20,000 nt of DNA from Chiloscyllium plagiosum (taxonomy: Eukaryota), in the NCBI RefSeq assembly GCF_004010195.1, contig NC_057749.1:23218583-23238582 (forward strand), read 5' to 3'. Both the position numbers and the translations under genes were made by a program. The notes under the pieces were generated by a model, which did not search any database, was not told the DNA's origin, and saw only the letters and a program-made list of their open reading frames with translations. Positions within the stretch are counted from its first letter, which is position 1. Every line of letters starts with the position of its first letter. Positions 19,497 through 20,000 of this stretch are shown here, piece after piece.

Positions 19497-20000
19497 GGAG
19501 AAAGTGAGGTCTGCAGATGCTGGAGATCAGAACTGAAAATGTGTTGCTGGAAAAGCGCAGCAGGTCAGGCAGCATCCAGGGAACAGGAGAATCGACGTTT
19601 CGGGCATAAGCCCTTCTTCAGGAATGAGGAAAGTTTGTCCAGCAGGCTAAGATAAACGGTAGGGAGGAGGGACTTGGGGGAGGGGCGTCGGAAATGTGAT
19701 AGGTGGAAGGAGGGCAAGGTGAGGGTGATAGGTCAGGCTGGGGTGGGGGCGGAGAGGTCGTGAAGAAGATTGCAGGTTAGGGAGGCGGTGCTGAATTTGA
19801 TGGATTTGACTGAGACAGGCTGGGGGGAGGGGAAATGAGGAAACTGGTGAAATCCGAGTTCATCCCTTGTGGTTGGAGGGTCCCTAGCCGGAAGATGAGG
19901 CGTTCTTCCTCCAACCATCGTTTCGCTGTGGTCTGACGATGGAGGAATCCAAAGACCTGCATATCCTTGGTGGAGCGGGAGGGGGAATTGAAATGTTGAG
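19497..20000 (-). mobile_element. Young Penelope-like element: 3' end with GIY-YIG C-terminus, continuing beyond the window
   Basis: Open frame from the window edge to the stop at 19777: QHFNSPSRSTKDMQVFGFLH...LEEERLIFRLGTLQPQGMNSDF. The family A tail follows. Confidence 0.9.
19592..19623 (-). ncRNA. Minimal hammerhead ribozyme motif (family A), intact core
   Basis: Minus strand TC-CTGAAGA-A-GGGC(TTAT)GCCC-GAAA-C-GTC-GA. Confidence 0.72.

Overview
Repeat-dense vertebrate genomic DNA, most likely from an elasmobranch (shark). The evidence is eight copies of an HE1-like tRNA-derived V-SINE, CR1/HER1-type LINE fragments sharing its 3' tail, Penelope-like element (PLE) remnants, short TG..CA solo LTRs and a Rex1/Babar-like LINE end. 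There is no intact protein-coding gene, CRISPR array or prokaryotic system. The only long ORF (1969-3144, minus) is the reverse transcriptase of a broken, 5'-truncated CR1 LINE. The most notable structure is a set of small PLE-derived insertions from at least three families. They carry minimal hammerhead ribozyme motifs (one apparently intact at 9782-9820), most have an inverted 5' copy, and five are flanked by 11-17 bp target-site duplications. The unique spacers hold candidate minus-strand host exons (a 221-nt open exon and possible microexons), a compact PBX-HOX/HNF1/DR1 motif cluster and a 132-bp tandem duplication. Family names come from recognising motifs, not from database searches. I see no convincing wholly new biological system.
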